A stretch of DNA of 62,804 bases, counting the filler, from Globobulimina sp. (Eukaryota): the NCBI GenBank assembly GCA_003354225.1. It is 25 parts of 25 records of this genome, joined end to end, with 100 filler letters (N's around TTAATTAATTAA, not from the genome) between each part and the next. Parts side by side here need not be neighbours in the genome. Positions count along the whole stretch, not along the records: positions 22,662 to 25,078 come from PIVH01006805.1; positions 25,179 to 27,594 come from PIVH01006806.1; positions 27,695 to 30,110 come from PIVH01006807.1; positions 30,211 to 32,625 come from PIVH01006808.1; positions 32,726 to 35,140 come from PIVH01006809.1; positions 35,241 to 37,655 come from PIVH01006810.1; 19 more parts are not named here. The stretch is one strand, 5' to 3'. The translations under genes and the position numbers were made by a program. Of the stretch, positions 23,788 through 36,181 are shown piece by piece. The stretch's first letter is position 1. Every line of letters starts with the position of its first letter. The notes under the pieces were generated by a model. The model did no database searches. It was given only the letters and a program-made list of their open reading frames with translations, and was not told where the DNA came from.

Positions 23788-24243
23788 TCACAGTTCATAC
23801 GGGTCATAATCATCAGATACCCACCAATGTTCTGCTAAAATACAGGCATTGCAGACACCATACGCTTTAACAGGAAGTAATGAATTTGGATTTGACTCAT
23901 ATAAAATCTCTTGAATACATTTAAATCGCATAGTTAAAGCACGCAATTCATTTAAAATCGATCCAGTTTCAATACAATATTTATGGTTTGATACAGGTGC
24001 ATTTCGCCATGATTTTGCATCTAAATTAAGCGGTTTATAGTTATCGCCACTTATCGGGTCATACAAACGCGTTAATTGTTGACTTACATCATACCAAAAT
24101 GGATGAATTGACGTTTTATTTCGACTCGCCACCGCTGAATATTCTGAATAATCGTCCCGAAGCATCCAAAATACACCGCCTTGTTTATCCTTCCATTGTA
24201 ATAATTGGATAAAACGCGTTAACTCTGAGATATCTGTATACAT
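23788..24243 (-). CDS. Hypothetical protein, last exon(s)
   Basis: 151-aa ORF preceded by an AT-rich intron-like stretch; 24409-24654 may be an upstream exon. Confidence 0.4.
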   Translation of the reverse strand: MYTDISELTRFIQLLQWKDKQGGVFWMLRDDYSEYSAVASRNKTSIHPFWYDVSQQLTRLYDPISGDNYKPLNLDAKSWRNAPVSNHKYCIETGSILNELRALTMRFKCIQEILYESNPNSLLPVKAYGVCNACILAEHWWVSDDYDPYEL

Positions 24244-25178
24244 TTATTACATTTTCAGGTAGTTATTTTATTTTGTATTTGAAATCTTTACTTTACTTTA
24301 CTTTATAATTACATTTTAGTTATATTTTGAGATTTCATATACAAAATAAAATAAGTAGTTTTTATACAATAAGTAGTTATAATAAAACGTTTTTTATATT
24401 TTCAGTTTTTATAACACATAAATACCTGCAAACGCATTGAACTCTGATATTACTTCATTTGATTGTATTTCATTTATATATTTAGCAGGATTGTAAATCC
24501 ATTTTCGTTTTAATGGTAATAAAAAAATCGCTGAATGTAATATAAAAGAAGGACAATCTGCAAAGGTTTGATAAAGACCAATTAAACTGACAAATACAAC
24601 ACGTCTGCCATCCAAGGATTTTATATCAATTTTACTATTCTTCCCTTTATTCATTTGATTATGGCTAATAATGAACTTATCATTATTTGTGCTTTGCTTT
24701 TGGCGTCGTTAGTTTATCCATTTCGCACATTTTGACAATATGTTACCTCGATTGGATTTGTTTTCATCGATGTTATTGCAAATTGTGTGCATTGTTATCT
24801 GATTACCCATGGCGAGTAGTCGAGATGATCAGTATTGACTAGCTCCCTTCGTGAAAATCTTAATATACTAATTAATTTTTATCTTCAAAACACTAAGAAA
24901 TCAATCGTGTTAACACACATTTATGTATACAACATATAATTGATTGGTAGAAATATTTGCAAAAAACATGGTAGAAATATTTGCAGTGAGTGAAAACATG
25001 CTTATCCTTGCACTTAATTAAAATAATATGACCAACACATGATTCAAAAAGTATCAACTACAACACCAGATTTGCTTANNNNNNNNNNNNNNNNNNNNNN
25101 NNNNNNNNNNNNNNNNNNNNNNTTAATTAATTAANNNNNNNNNNNNNNNNNNNNNNNNNNNNNNNNNNNNNNNNNNNN

Positions 25179-26042
25179 TCCATAAATTTCAGTTTCAAAA
25201 CTTGCAGTAATTACAGTTCCATTTTCAGGTTTCCCAATTTTCTTTTTATCACTTACAGTAAACATTTTTCCATTGTTCTCTTCGGTAAGCCAATATGGCT
25301 GGGAATAAGCGTGATCATTGGGAATAGAATTAGCCTGTTTGACTCGGACGGCTTTATTATACTGAAGATCCACATTTAAAACTGAATCAAATTCAGCTAA
25401 ACTTGTAGAAATATTTTTGATTTTGATTGGAGCGTTTGATCTATTTATTATCATTGTTCGTACATCAACAACTTCACCTGGTGATGAATCATAATCCCAC
25501 ACTATTGCTTCCATCCAAAGACCGGAACACATTTTTATTAATTCTTTTACTTCATTCATTTTAACATTTGACCAGAATCGATTATCAAGATTATTTAACT
25601 CTTTATATAGATTAACAAGTTTTTTAATTGATTTTGAAGGATTAGCTGGATCAAATTCAGAAGTTATTTCATTAATTAATTTCTGTGTGTTGTTACTATT
25701 CGACACTCGATCCCAAGATAATTCAACACCATCAAAAATATCTGTAAACATTGAATCGCCTGAAATTAGATCAAACATTGTAGTTTGAGAACCTAATCCA
25801 GCGGTAACGCCAAATCCTTGTGTTTTATGGAAAGATCTACTTTTGGCAGAAATTTCCGAGTAAGATTTACCAACAATCGAGTTATAATCACCAAAATCAA
25901 TTGATAACGCATTGTTAGTTGGCTGCCAGGTGTTCCACATTATTCTTTTCGGCTGCCATACTTCAAAATCTTCAAGTTGATCAGGAAAAACAGTTGGATC
26001 TGCTGACATATGGAACGCTTCCTCAGCTAAAATTGCGGAGGA
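25179..26042 (-). CDS. Bacterial PIG-L/LmbE family deacetylase (Bacteroidota/Ignavibacteria-type), internal fragment
   Basis: SAILAEEAF..ADPTVFPDQL..WQPKRIMWN..GKSYSEISAKSRSFHKTQGFG..SQPYWL. Confidence 0.85.
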
Positions 26043-26130
26043 AACTGACAATGTAGTCCTCGAATGTTGCCTTTTATTTCAACTCGCTTTATGGTTCTAT
26101 CTTTCCTGCTATCTTTTAATTGCTTTACTT

Positions 26131-26463
26131 GTGCTGTGTTATCGTTTATTGCTGCAGCTATGTCGTGATCTCTTCGATTGCGATTGCTACGATTATGGAA
26201 GAAATCATTTGAAATCAATCAAAAATTATATTAAATATGATGTACAAACAAAATGCGTGGTGTGTTTAAATAGTTTAATATCGTCAGATACTGTTATTCT
26301 AACTTGCGGCCACCAATTTTGTAAAACATGTTTATTGGAATATGAAATGAGTAAAGGAAAGACAAGCGCGTATAATGCTATTTGTCAGTGTCCAATTTGT
26401 CGCAACAAATATCAGAAAAACATCGGCAAATTTGAATATGATAGATTTATTTATATTAAATAG
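26131..26463 (+). CDS. RING-finger (C3HC4) protein
   Basis: CVVC..LTCGHQFCKTCL..CPICR. Confidence 0.8.
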   Translation: MLCYRLLLQLCRDLFDCDCYDYGRNHLKSIKNYIKYDVQTKCVVCLNSLISSDTVILTCGHQFCKTCLLEYEMSKGKTSAYNAICQCPICRNKYQKNIGKFEYDRFIYIK

Positions 26464-26991
26464 ATAATGGAATGGAAGAAAATTATATATATTGATTTTT
26501 TTTTTTACTGCAGCGATATCTTTGCAGCGAACACAACGCAACAAACAATATGTTTTGTTGAGCGCGTTGTTTTGTTTGCAGGTATCTGCAGCGAGAACGA
26601 TGCTCACAATACATGTTTTTTGTTTTTATAATTTTAATATTGTTTGTTGCCAATATAAACTATTATGGTCGAGGGTGCTGCGCAAGGATAAAAACTTGAT
26701 ATTTTGACAGTACATCTTCTTAACTTCACAGAGCAGCCTTTATCGCATCTTTTGAAGCTTTGTTTCAAATTTCCAATGTGATGATTATGCATATATTTAA
26801 TTAAAATGATGTTTTCTGTGCAATGATAGTGAAAAAATGCGAATCTATTCTAAAACCAAAAGCAAAATAAAAAAAGAATTACATTAAAACAATGACAGGA
26901 TATTGATGGATAAAAAAAAAGCAACAAAAGACAAAAAAGAGATAGATTTCTATACAAAAAGAGTCGTCTGATATTTATTTTATTTATACTT

Positions 26992-27594
26992 TTATTGTCG
27001 TCTCATATTAAAGCCTCGCGTTATTTTTTTCCTTTGATCATTATCATAATTGGCCATTTGTTGTTGATTATGGTGTTGAGCTTGTTGCTGATGATGAATT
27101 TGATAATGATGGCCGTGATTATGTCGATATTCCTCCATACATTCATCCAAAAGGCCTTCATCTTGTTTTATAATTTGAGCCGCAAACTCATCATTAAATG
27201 ATAAACGAACTAAAAACGAAGTCAATTGAAACAACAACAAATCCGTTCCGACGTCATCCGTCTTACTGCACCTTTTAAAAAGCGATATTATTTTCGGCAA
27301 AAAAGTTTGTATCTTCTTCTTATAAAATAAGTCATTTTTATCACTGATCAATAGCTCTTGGATGCATTTCAAATATGGTCCATATTCATGCGAAGCTTTA
27401 AATTCTTCCGCGACTTTTCGGTACAAATAATCAAAGATAATCTCAGATAACATCCAATTATTAAAACACGAATACGTTAGAATCGCAATGCATTCCTTTG
27501 CGAATAGACATTTGTTTTGCGGTCCATTGCGATCTCGAAACAGCCAATCAATGATATTGACATTTGTCACTTTGCGCGGCGCATAAATGCCGCC
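26992..27594 (-). CDS. C-terminal fragment resembling USP9X/USP24/USP34-type deubiquitinase
   Basis: YSCFNNWMLSEII..HEYGPYLKCIQELL..D..KKKIQ resembles the USP9X-family C-terminal helical region. Confidence 0.4.
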   Translation of the reverse strand, partial: GGIYAPRKVTNVNIIDWLFRDRNGPQNKCLFAKECIAILTYSCFNNWMLSEIIFDYLYRKVAEEFKASHEYGPYLKCIQELLISDKNDLFYKKKIQTFLPKIISLFKRCSKTDDVGTDLLLFQLTSFLVRLSFNDEFAAQIIKQDEGLLDECMEEYRHNHGHHYQIHHQQQAQHHNQQQMANYDNDQRKKITRGFNMRRQ

Positions 27595-28111
27595 NNNNNN
27601 NNNNNNNNNNNNNNNNNNNNNNNNNNNNNNNNNNNNNNTTAATTAATTAANNNNNNNNNNNNNNNNNNNNNNNNNNNNNNNNNNNNNNNNNNNNTCTGAG
27701 GACTTAAACTATGATACATATTGTTATTGTTATTCACGAGGCGCACTCTGTTCACATTTACATTGAGATTCCGATTGGATATATTTGACACATTGATATC
27801 TTTGCTTGTGTGCGAATTGCGGACAATGACAGCAAAGGGTGCTCGCGTGGCCATGTTCAACTGATTGCGACTTGCAATTATTTTGGGCAATGCACTCGGC
27901 ACAATTTTTCTACTCTGGATCACCAATGTCGCTCCTTTTTTGTTTGTGTACATAACATTTACATTAATAATACAGATTGAACACATTTTTATACTTATTT
28001 CTGTAGAATTGTATAACTGCAGAATTATACAATGCATTCAGATTTGTGTACATCTAAAATACAGACTGTGTTCCAATAAAATGCGGAAAATGTACAGTTA
28101 ATGAAAAATAT

Positions 28112-29059
28112 TTACAAACCGGACGCAAACTGTGCTCTCGGAATATTTCGAAGTAACATGTTATTTCTAATTAACTGCGGATGCGGAATCGGTGCCAATT
28201 TCTTATGATTCCGTAAATGTTTTGGGTCTCCGTGGCCGTGCGAGTTATGATTAATTTTGTTTATTTTCGGTTGTATGATATCTGTGCCGTATCGATGCGC
28301 GAATCTGCAGCTATCACCGCGTGGACAATGACCATTCTTCCAATCCAAACATAGCGATTTCGATGCTAAGACATGTTTATATCGGCACGAATCACCACGT
28401 TTGCAATTGCCATGGTTTTGAAAATCATAGCAAACATCGGCGATTTTTAAGGTGATTTTTGCATTTTTAATTTCTGACTCAGCTTTTTTTTCTGTAGCTG
28501 CTGTATTTCCGCCCTCTTTTTTTTGTTTTTTATTGTTTTTTTGTGGCGACAAAGAGAGAATACATTAACTCGATTTATTTAAAGCGGATATAGACGGCGA
28601 ACGTGAACGTGATTTGACAGAGACATCATCGAAATCTTTGGGTTTATAATTTCTGTTATACTTTTTTCGGAATTTATCTTCGATTTTTTTCGAGTATTTC
28701 TGAAATTTCTTAATTAATTTTGATTTTTGGCGAGTGAATAGTTTGTTATTTTTGTTTTTAGTGTTTGTACGAATGTTAAATGTGGAATTGGAGCAATATT
28801 CGTTTGATGATGAACATTCATTGGGATTTGTAGACGATTTGTTATCGTTTGATTCAGTTTGTGTTTTATTGCTGGAATTTGAATTATTATCAATTATATC
28901 TCTGCGGCGTAATCTGTGCTGATTGACCATTGATCTCTGAATCGTTGGACCAGAAATATGATATTGTTTCACTTCAAGTGTTGTTCGTGGGACTGATATA
29001 GATCGCATTCTTACCAATTTATTACCGTTATTGTCACGAATTTTGTTTTGAGCCGCCAT
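28112..29059 (-). CDS. Tandem CCCH zinc-finger protein; intron 28516-28569
   Basis: CYDFQNHGNCKRGDSCRYKH and CLDWKNGHCPRGDSCRFAH; 54-nt GTTAAT..AAAG intron removes the stop between same-frame ORFs. Confidence 0.8.
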
Positions 29060-29130
29060 GATCAGAACAAAAAAGAAATTGACTAAACAAACTGTTTTTA
29101 ATTAATATATAAACAGTTTTTAATCTTAAA

Positions 29131-30110
29131 ATGGACACTACAAAAACAGGGAATAGAACACGTTTACGACGACAAATAGTGGTGGGATTGGTTGGTATCG
29201 CAGCCGCCGTGGCAGCTTACCAAATATATAAAAAAGTCACATCAGAAAAGGATAATTTACCGGGTCCCGATCCTTCAAATAAAGACATGGGCAATTTCGC
29301 AGATATGGGCAAAGCTGGATCATTGCATGAATATTTAGAAGAATTAACCAATAAATATGGAAGAATTGGCGCCTTTTGGTGGGGACAGACCAGAGTCGCA
29401 TATATAACATCACGGCAAATATTATTAGATGCAGCAAATAAAAAAGTATTCAAAAATCACTGTGATCGGCCACCATTTTTATTTGATGGCTTTAAACCAT
29501 TAATCGGGAAACATTCAATTCAATATGCGAATGGCGCAGAGTTTAAAGCCAGATATCATAGTGTTTGGTTAGCTGCATATCAAAGAAAAATGATTCCCAA
29601 AATACCAATTCTCTCTAAATTGACTCAACAAACTGTCGACAATTGGACCACATTAATAAACGGTGTGTTATTTATCTGCAATATACATTAATAAATATAC
29701 AATATGTACATGTATTTGATATATTTTGTAGATAAAAACGATGAAAAAGAATGTAATCAATGCATTGTGGTCGATATGATGCATGAAAGTTTTATTTTTT
29801 CTTCTCGCTCGACAATTTCTGCAAGTTTTGGTTCAAATATTAGCGAAGAATTACGTTCCGCCATTGTCGAAGGTTATGAATATGGCTGGGATGAGATGGA
29901 AAAAAGATTGGTTGATGGCATCCCGTCCACTGCTGAAAGAGATGCCAAATTGGAACAAGCTCTCAATAAAATTAGAGGCAGCGTGAAAAGCATACTTTCG
30001 GAGAGTCATAACCCGGATAAAAACTCATTTTTAAGTTGCATATTGAAAGAAAAGGCGTTATATGATACTGAGGAGAAGATAATGGATGAAGCAGTGACTG
30101 CTGTGGTTGG
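29131..30110 (+). CDS. Cytochrome P450, CYP20-like, 3'-truncated; intron 29663-29731
   Basis: N-terminal anchor, LPGP hinge, GSLHEYL..YG.IGAFWWG, DRPPFLF..LIG.HSIQYANG; ends at the start of the I-helix. Confidence 0.75.
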
Positions 30111-30210
30111 NNNNNNNNNNNNNNNNNNNNNNNNNNNNNNNNNNNNNNNNNNNNTTAATTAATTAANNNNNNNNNNNNNNNNNNNNNNNNNNNNNNNNNN
30201 NNNNNNNNNN

Positions 30211-32625
30211 CGCTAACTCCATATTCATTGCTCATAAATTGGGACAAATGCCAGAATATACTCCATGTTTTCTGATGTATAACGTCTAAATAATTCAACT
30301 CGCACTCACTGTCAATCAGTTTAAATAATTTGTCAATGAATAATGATTTAAATGATTCATACTTTTTAGAGTTCTTTCTTTCTTCAAATACCATTGACAA
30401 ATACATTAATAATATGCCAAATAAATATTCGTCGCGATTTATCCTATCTTGTGGGTCAAATATTTTTTCATGATACACTGTGTGACACATTGCTGTAATT
30501 TGATCGACATATAACTCTGCGATATGTGGATATTTATACCATAACAAAAACGCATTGCCTATCATCGGTTGGAGCACTGTCGATTTTTTACTCTCAAAAG
30601 CTTTCATTATTTGCTTTCGGATATGTCCATTTTCTGCATGCAACTCAATGTCATGAAATAGTGTCGGAAATAATAGCAATTCGACGCAATAATTGTCCGA
30701 GATTGACAATCTATTTTTTGCTGATAATATATACCATGCCGCCTGGGACAATATTTTTAAATTCGACGAGGATAAATCACCAAATGCTAATGATAAAGAT
30801 ATAGATTCTAAAATATCTGCTTTAATGCCATCGTGTGCTGAGTCCAAAGCGTCTACACCAAATTGAATGACTTTGCGCGCAATTTTAGGATTTATAATTA
30901 TATTTTTCGCAGATAATATACCCAAAATTGCATTGAATTGTATTGTTTGTAATGCGTTACAATGCGTTTTGTGAAGATTTGGAAGCAATGGAAGTGACAT
31001 TAATAATGTCAACAAATCTGTAGCGACGTTATTACTATTCGCATTTTGAATGTTTTTAAAGATATTTTTGGTGAATTTATAATGATATTTAATCATCAAT
31101 GATAATAAAAATAAGGATGGGAAATCTTGTAAAGCATAATATCCTTTTTTTGCGTAAATGTCAATCAAAATTGCCTCCACTTTGCAAGTTATAAATGACT
31201 CAATCTGTGATAAATCACCATAATATTTTACGAGATTTGCGGATAAATTGAATATCCAATGTCCATCGTTTGAAAAATCCGCATTTACTAATTCTTTATC
31301 AAAGGTATATGACAATATTTCATTCATTGGTTTCATCATTCTCTGCCTCAACAACTGACGGCTGGATATAATGAAAGCACATTAATCAACAAATAAACAA
31401 ATATGAAGAGGTTCTAAACTGTTTCGCAAATATTTTTGCATGATTTTCCGTCAAATTAATAACAAATGAAAGCAACTGCATGCAAAATTGCACCGTACTC
31501 TGTGATTTGTACGGTTGCGAATATGATACTGATGCCACTCTTTATTGATTTAATAAATACATTGACAAATTACAAAAAAACAACTAATATAACTTAACTC
31601 AAACAAGATATCAATAATGTTGTGGAAGGACGCAGTGCATTCAATAAATTGCAGCATATGGCCAATAATGCCAACCTTTATCGATTTGTCAGCAGTTTTG
31701 ATATATTGTTGTATTAAAAATAATAACTCCTTTCCAATCCAGTCAGATTTATTCAAGTTACTTCTAAAACATATAAATCCTTCATTTGCTACATTTGGCG
31801 ATATGCATCGCTTTGGAATGGCATTAATTAATCTGTTTAATAACATATATTTTTCATATATTGCAAACATACACAAACAAAGCAACTGTGACCTAACTTG
31901 CACACTGAATAAAACTCTATGTTTGGATCAATATCAACAGCAATAACTTTACATATCAACGGGATCAATTTCTGCTTATACAACGGAGCAAATTTGTTGA
32001 CAAAATTACTGATCATACTTTGAAATTGTTTCAAATTTTGTTTATTGATCATATATAATTGCTGCTCTTTTTGCTGTTCATTAATTTCCGTTAAAAAACC
32101 AAAAATGTGATATAATGAATTAAACGATGTTACTTTCGTAGATACAGCGGTTAGAAATTCAGATAAAAACACTTGTTTTGCAAAATTGTCGCTAATAAAT
32201 TGAAATAAATAATTTGTTAAAAATGATTCAATTAAAAATCCAAACCCTTCCGGCGGCGATTTCGTACTCAATGCTTCCTCGGCTTTGCTATTTACATTTT
32301 GCCATTGCGACATCGGTCTCGCTGTATATTTTTGATTGGTTTTATTTTTTGTAATGTCATAATACGATGTTCTAAACCATAGCGGAGAAGTAATTGAACA
32401 CAAAAACTCATTAAACATAAATGACTGCGTAAAGGGTGTAATCACATTATTTTTATGAAAATCCCACGATAATAAACAATACATTGTGGTTCTGCGAATT
32501 GCTTTGTTTCTATGATCCAACCCTTTCATCCAAATAATATCTAATATCGATTGCAACCAATGGATCATATCAAATGACTGCTTATTTCTGCAACTTAACA
32601 TCAACTGCAATAATTTGGGGAATTC
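30211..32625 (-). CDS. Large multi-exon ARM-like protein, possibly the N/mid region of TARBP1/Trm3 tRNA 2'-O-methyltransferase
   Basis: Consecutive minus-strand ORFs; IIWMKGLDHRNKAIRRTTMYCLLSWDF resembles a Trm3-family N-terminal motif; SpoU domain not in contig. Confidence 0.4.
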
Positions 32626-32725
32626 NNNNNNNNNNNNNNNNNNNNNNNNNNNNNNNNNNNNNNNNNNNNTTAATTAATTAANNNNNNNNNNNNNNNNNNN
32701 NNNNNNNNNNNNNNNNNNNNNNNNN

Positions 32726-35140
32726 AATTACGGTCTGGAATCGATGATGATTATTACTATTTTAATTCCACTCTTAATAATCGTACACTGTCTGTTTATT
32801 TGATTCCTGTAACTCATCATACGATACATATTTATATTTATATGACATGGATTTTAACGCTTTATACGAGGGCGATGATGATGGTGCTTGCAACACGAAG
32901 GAACAATTACGTATTGGGAGTTTGGATCCTGGTCAATATATATTGGGAATTAGTGGTTTTGACTGGGAGTACAATGATCATTTATGGCATGCTTCCGGTG
33001 ACTGGAATATCAGAGTTAACTGTAGTTTCAATTCCATTATAACCAATGATGAAATCAATAGCAGTTCTTCATACATTCTGAGATCCAGAGATTATTGGCC
33101 CGATTGGTTCCCGGGCGAAATTTGTGAATATACGTATGGTACAACATTGGCTACAATCAATACAGCAGATGATAAACGTGAAGCATTTGATCTTATACAA
33201 GGTTCATTGCACGAATATCAAATGACAGCGGCTAGTTCTGATTTTTGGATTGGTATGTACAGAGACACTACGACTGACAACAAATGGCAATGGCTAGATG
33301 GCACCCTTTGGTATGTACTAATTGCACTTTAATTAGCTTGTAATTTGTTAATTTGAATTGCATAAAGTGATCAGACACCAACCGGTGATTGTGCAGATAT
33401 TGCAAATTGGCAGCATGGCAGACCTATGTCTGTAAATCAGTCTGTTGACAATGTGACATATTCACGCGTATATTCCAGTTATTCAACAATACCAATATTT
33501 GGATCAGTTTTGGTTCTTCCCTCAGTTATCAATAATACCGCTACCATTGTGGATGAGCCATTTAGTTTTTTTCAAGAATTCGACCAACGTTTCTGGAGAT
33601 GGTATCTTTGCAATGGTATGTGACTTTCATTTGCAATGATCTGCAGTCTAATCTAAATGTGTTAATTTAATGTAGCGCCAAACTCCAAATATGTCCCTCA
33701 AAACTGTACTGATGAGCTGAATTGTTGGAAAAAACATGATTGCTGCGATGATATGATATTAAACGCAGATACATCGACTGACCGGACATTTTTTGGAACA
33801 CCATATCAACCATCAATTGCACATTGGAATGGACAATTATTTGTATTTGGAGTACATCAAATACATTCAGCAAATATAAAACAGCTCACCGGTCACTATA
33901 ACTGGAATCATACAGAATATCACCGACAAAATGTGTCAGCGTATGAACCATGTCGTTATTATCAATACCAATCATCTTTATATCGATTATATGAAACCAG
34001 GAATGTTGGAAATCAGACTTGGTTGGATGTAGAAGCCCATGAATATGACTACATTTTAGAGCATATCGATTTAAATACTTTAACTGTTACATACCACAAA
34101 ACATCACAGATAATTGGTACGTTTATACATTGCATGGTAGCTGGTGGAGAGAATGTGTACCTTATCCGGGAGAGAGATATTTTGGTTTATACTGTTAATA
34201 AAAATAAATGGAATATTTTTACGTACGACGATGTCACGCTACCATCATTAACGGTTTTCTTTGATTTTCAGCCGGTTGCTTGTACCATCACTAGCAACCA
34301 TTCATACATACACATATTCAGCCAATCATATATGATCCCACTGGTCACCGACTATGATTATGTCTATTCAGAGAAGTTAGATTTTTTTGTGGTTAAATAC
34401 GACACAGAATCTACAACATTTACAATTCTAAACATTCCAAATCTATGTGTGGTTAAATCACAATGGTATGATGACAGTGTGAGTGTAATTACTGGCAGAG
34501 ATAATAAAATATATTTACAAGGATGTTACACCGCAGCATGGAAAACACTGATATTTGATCCGGAGACGGAGAATTTTGAAAACAAAACAGTTAATATTGA
34601 CCATCCCATACCGACTAACACCACCATGCCTTATTATAGACAATCACAATTAGCTGTGGTTGATGATAATATTTTACTGCTGCTTTACAAGGATAGTACA
34701 GATAATTCCATTTCATTATATACCGCAATTACAGATTTAATATCAATTAATTTTACAGAGACAACCTCTGCCAATGTATGGCCCTCCGATGGATTTCTTA
34801 TTAAATATTATGTTAATGATTTCACAAATTATCCTCATCCATCGGATGTGGTTTATTATCTGACGTTTTATAGTGAAGCTACAATGAATGATATTGCTGC
34901 CGCAGTGGTGTTAAATACATCTAATGATCACTGTGTTTGCAACGAAACAATATATAATTGTAAGAATTGTCAGCAACATTTCGATTTAAAGCATTACTTG
35001 ACATTATCTGATAATGATAGAACAGAGCTGGAATTCGTAGCAGTTCATTCAAACACAGATTCATTGATTATTCCAAAATATATTACAATCGAGTTAGAGC
35101 GGTGCAGCATATCCTTTATGGATTTGGGTATAACCACAAC
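32726..35140 (+). CDS. Large extracellular protein with C-type lectin and kelch/beta-propeller-like regions, truncated; introns near 33311-33367 and 33617-33675
   Basis: CEYTYGTTLATINT..FWIGMY..WQWLDGT; GTATGT donors; long exon 33753-35140. Confidence 0.65.
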
Positions 35141-35294
35141 NNNNNNNNNNNNNNNNNNNNNNNNNNNNNNNNNNNNNNNNNNNNTTAATTAATTAANNNN
35201 NNNNNNNNNNNNNNNNNNNNNNNNNNNNNNNNNNNNNNNNAAACCACAATAGATTCCACCACATCTTCGAGGAAAAGGAATTAAAAAATTGAAT

Positions 35295-36146
35295 ATGAAC
35301 CAGGAACATCATAATAATAATAACAGTGATACGACAATAATTAAATGGTACAGCGATGAGAAAGAATTTGAATCAAAATTAGGAGTTTCATTATCTTCGT
35401 TTAAATTAAATATAGCATCATATAGAAATGATAAACAATTGAATGAATTGACAAAGATAAATCTATCAAAAGCAAATGCAAACAAATCTGTATTATTTGT
35501 ATTTGGACCTCCGGCTGTCGGAAAATCGACAATTTATAGATATTATTTGTTGGAATTTGGTATATACGATGCAGTAAATACTGACGGTGATATTGTACGG
35601 AAAACACACTATGGAATTCAGGAATATTTGCGGAAAAGCAATGAATTAAATATTGGCTATTATGAATTCTTTAAAAAATATTGTAAATATTGGTCAGCAA
35701 ATTGGAAGTTTGAAATTCGTCAAAAAGCTATGAAGCACAGACAAAATATCATTGCATTTTCAACTTGTCACAAATTGGATGAATGCATCAAAGAAATCAA
35801 TTCGTTTTTTCATAATGGATATCGTATTAAAATATTAATGGTTTGCGCTGAATTTGATAAATGCAATGAAATGGGCATACAAAGGGAGAGATTGAACGGA
35901 AGAAAACATTTAAGCGCGACTTATAACAAAAGCATGCAGGGCTCAATGGATGTTATTGATTATTTATTAGAAACCAATAAAATTAACACCAAAAATAATG
36001 ATTTAATTGTTGTTAGGAATGCGTATGAAATAAATCAACCACCGGAAAGACTCAATGCTGACTGGGAAAATATAAAACATCGCATATTGCTTCCAATGAA
36101 AAAACGAGCAACGCGTCCAATTGACAGGACTTATAATAATTTATAA
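35295..36146 (+). CDS. P-loop kinase, zeta-toxin/AAA_33-like
   Basis: VLFVFGPPAVGKST Walker A; DGDIVRKTH; GY.I.IL.V and R..LNGR. Confidence 0.65.
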   Translation: MNQEHHNNNNSDTTIIKWYSDEKEFESKLGVSLSSFKLNIASYRNDKQLNELTKINLSKANANKSVLFVFGPPAVGKSTIYRYYLLEFGIYDAVNTDGDIVRKTHYGIQEYLRKSNELNIGYYEFFKKYCKYWSANWKFEIRQKAMKHRQNIIAFSTCHKLDECIKEINSFFHNGYRIKILMVCAEFDKCNEMGIQRERLNGRKHLSATYNKSMQGSMDVIDYLLETNKINTKNNDLIVVRNAYEINQPPERLNADWENIKHRILLPMKKRATRPIDRTYNNL

Positions 36147-36181
36147 TAACTGCTCGAGCCCGCTGTCATTGACATAAAAAA

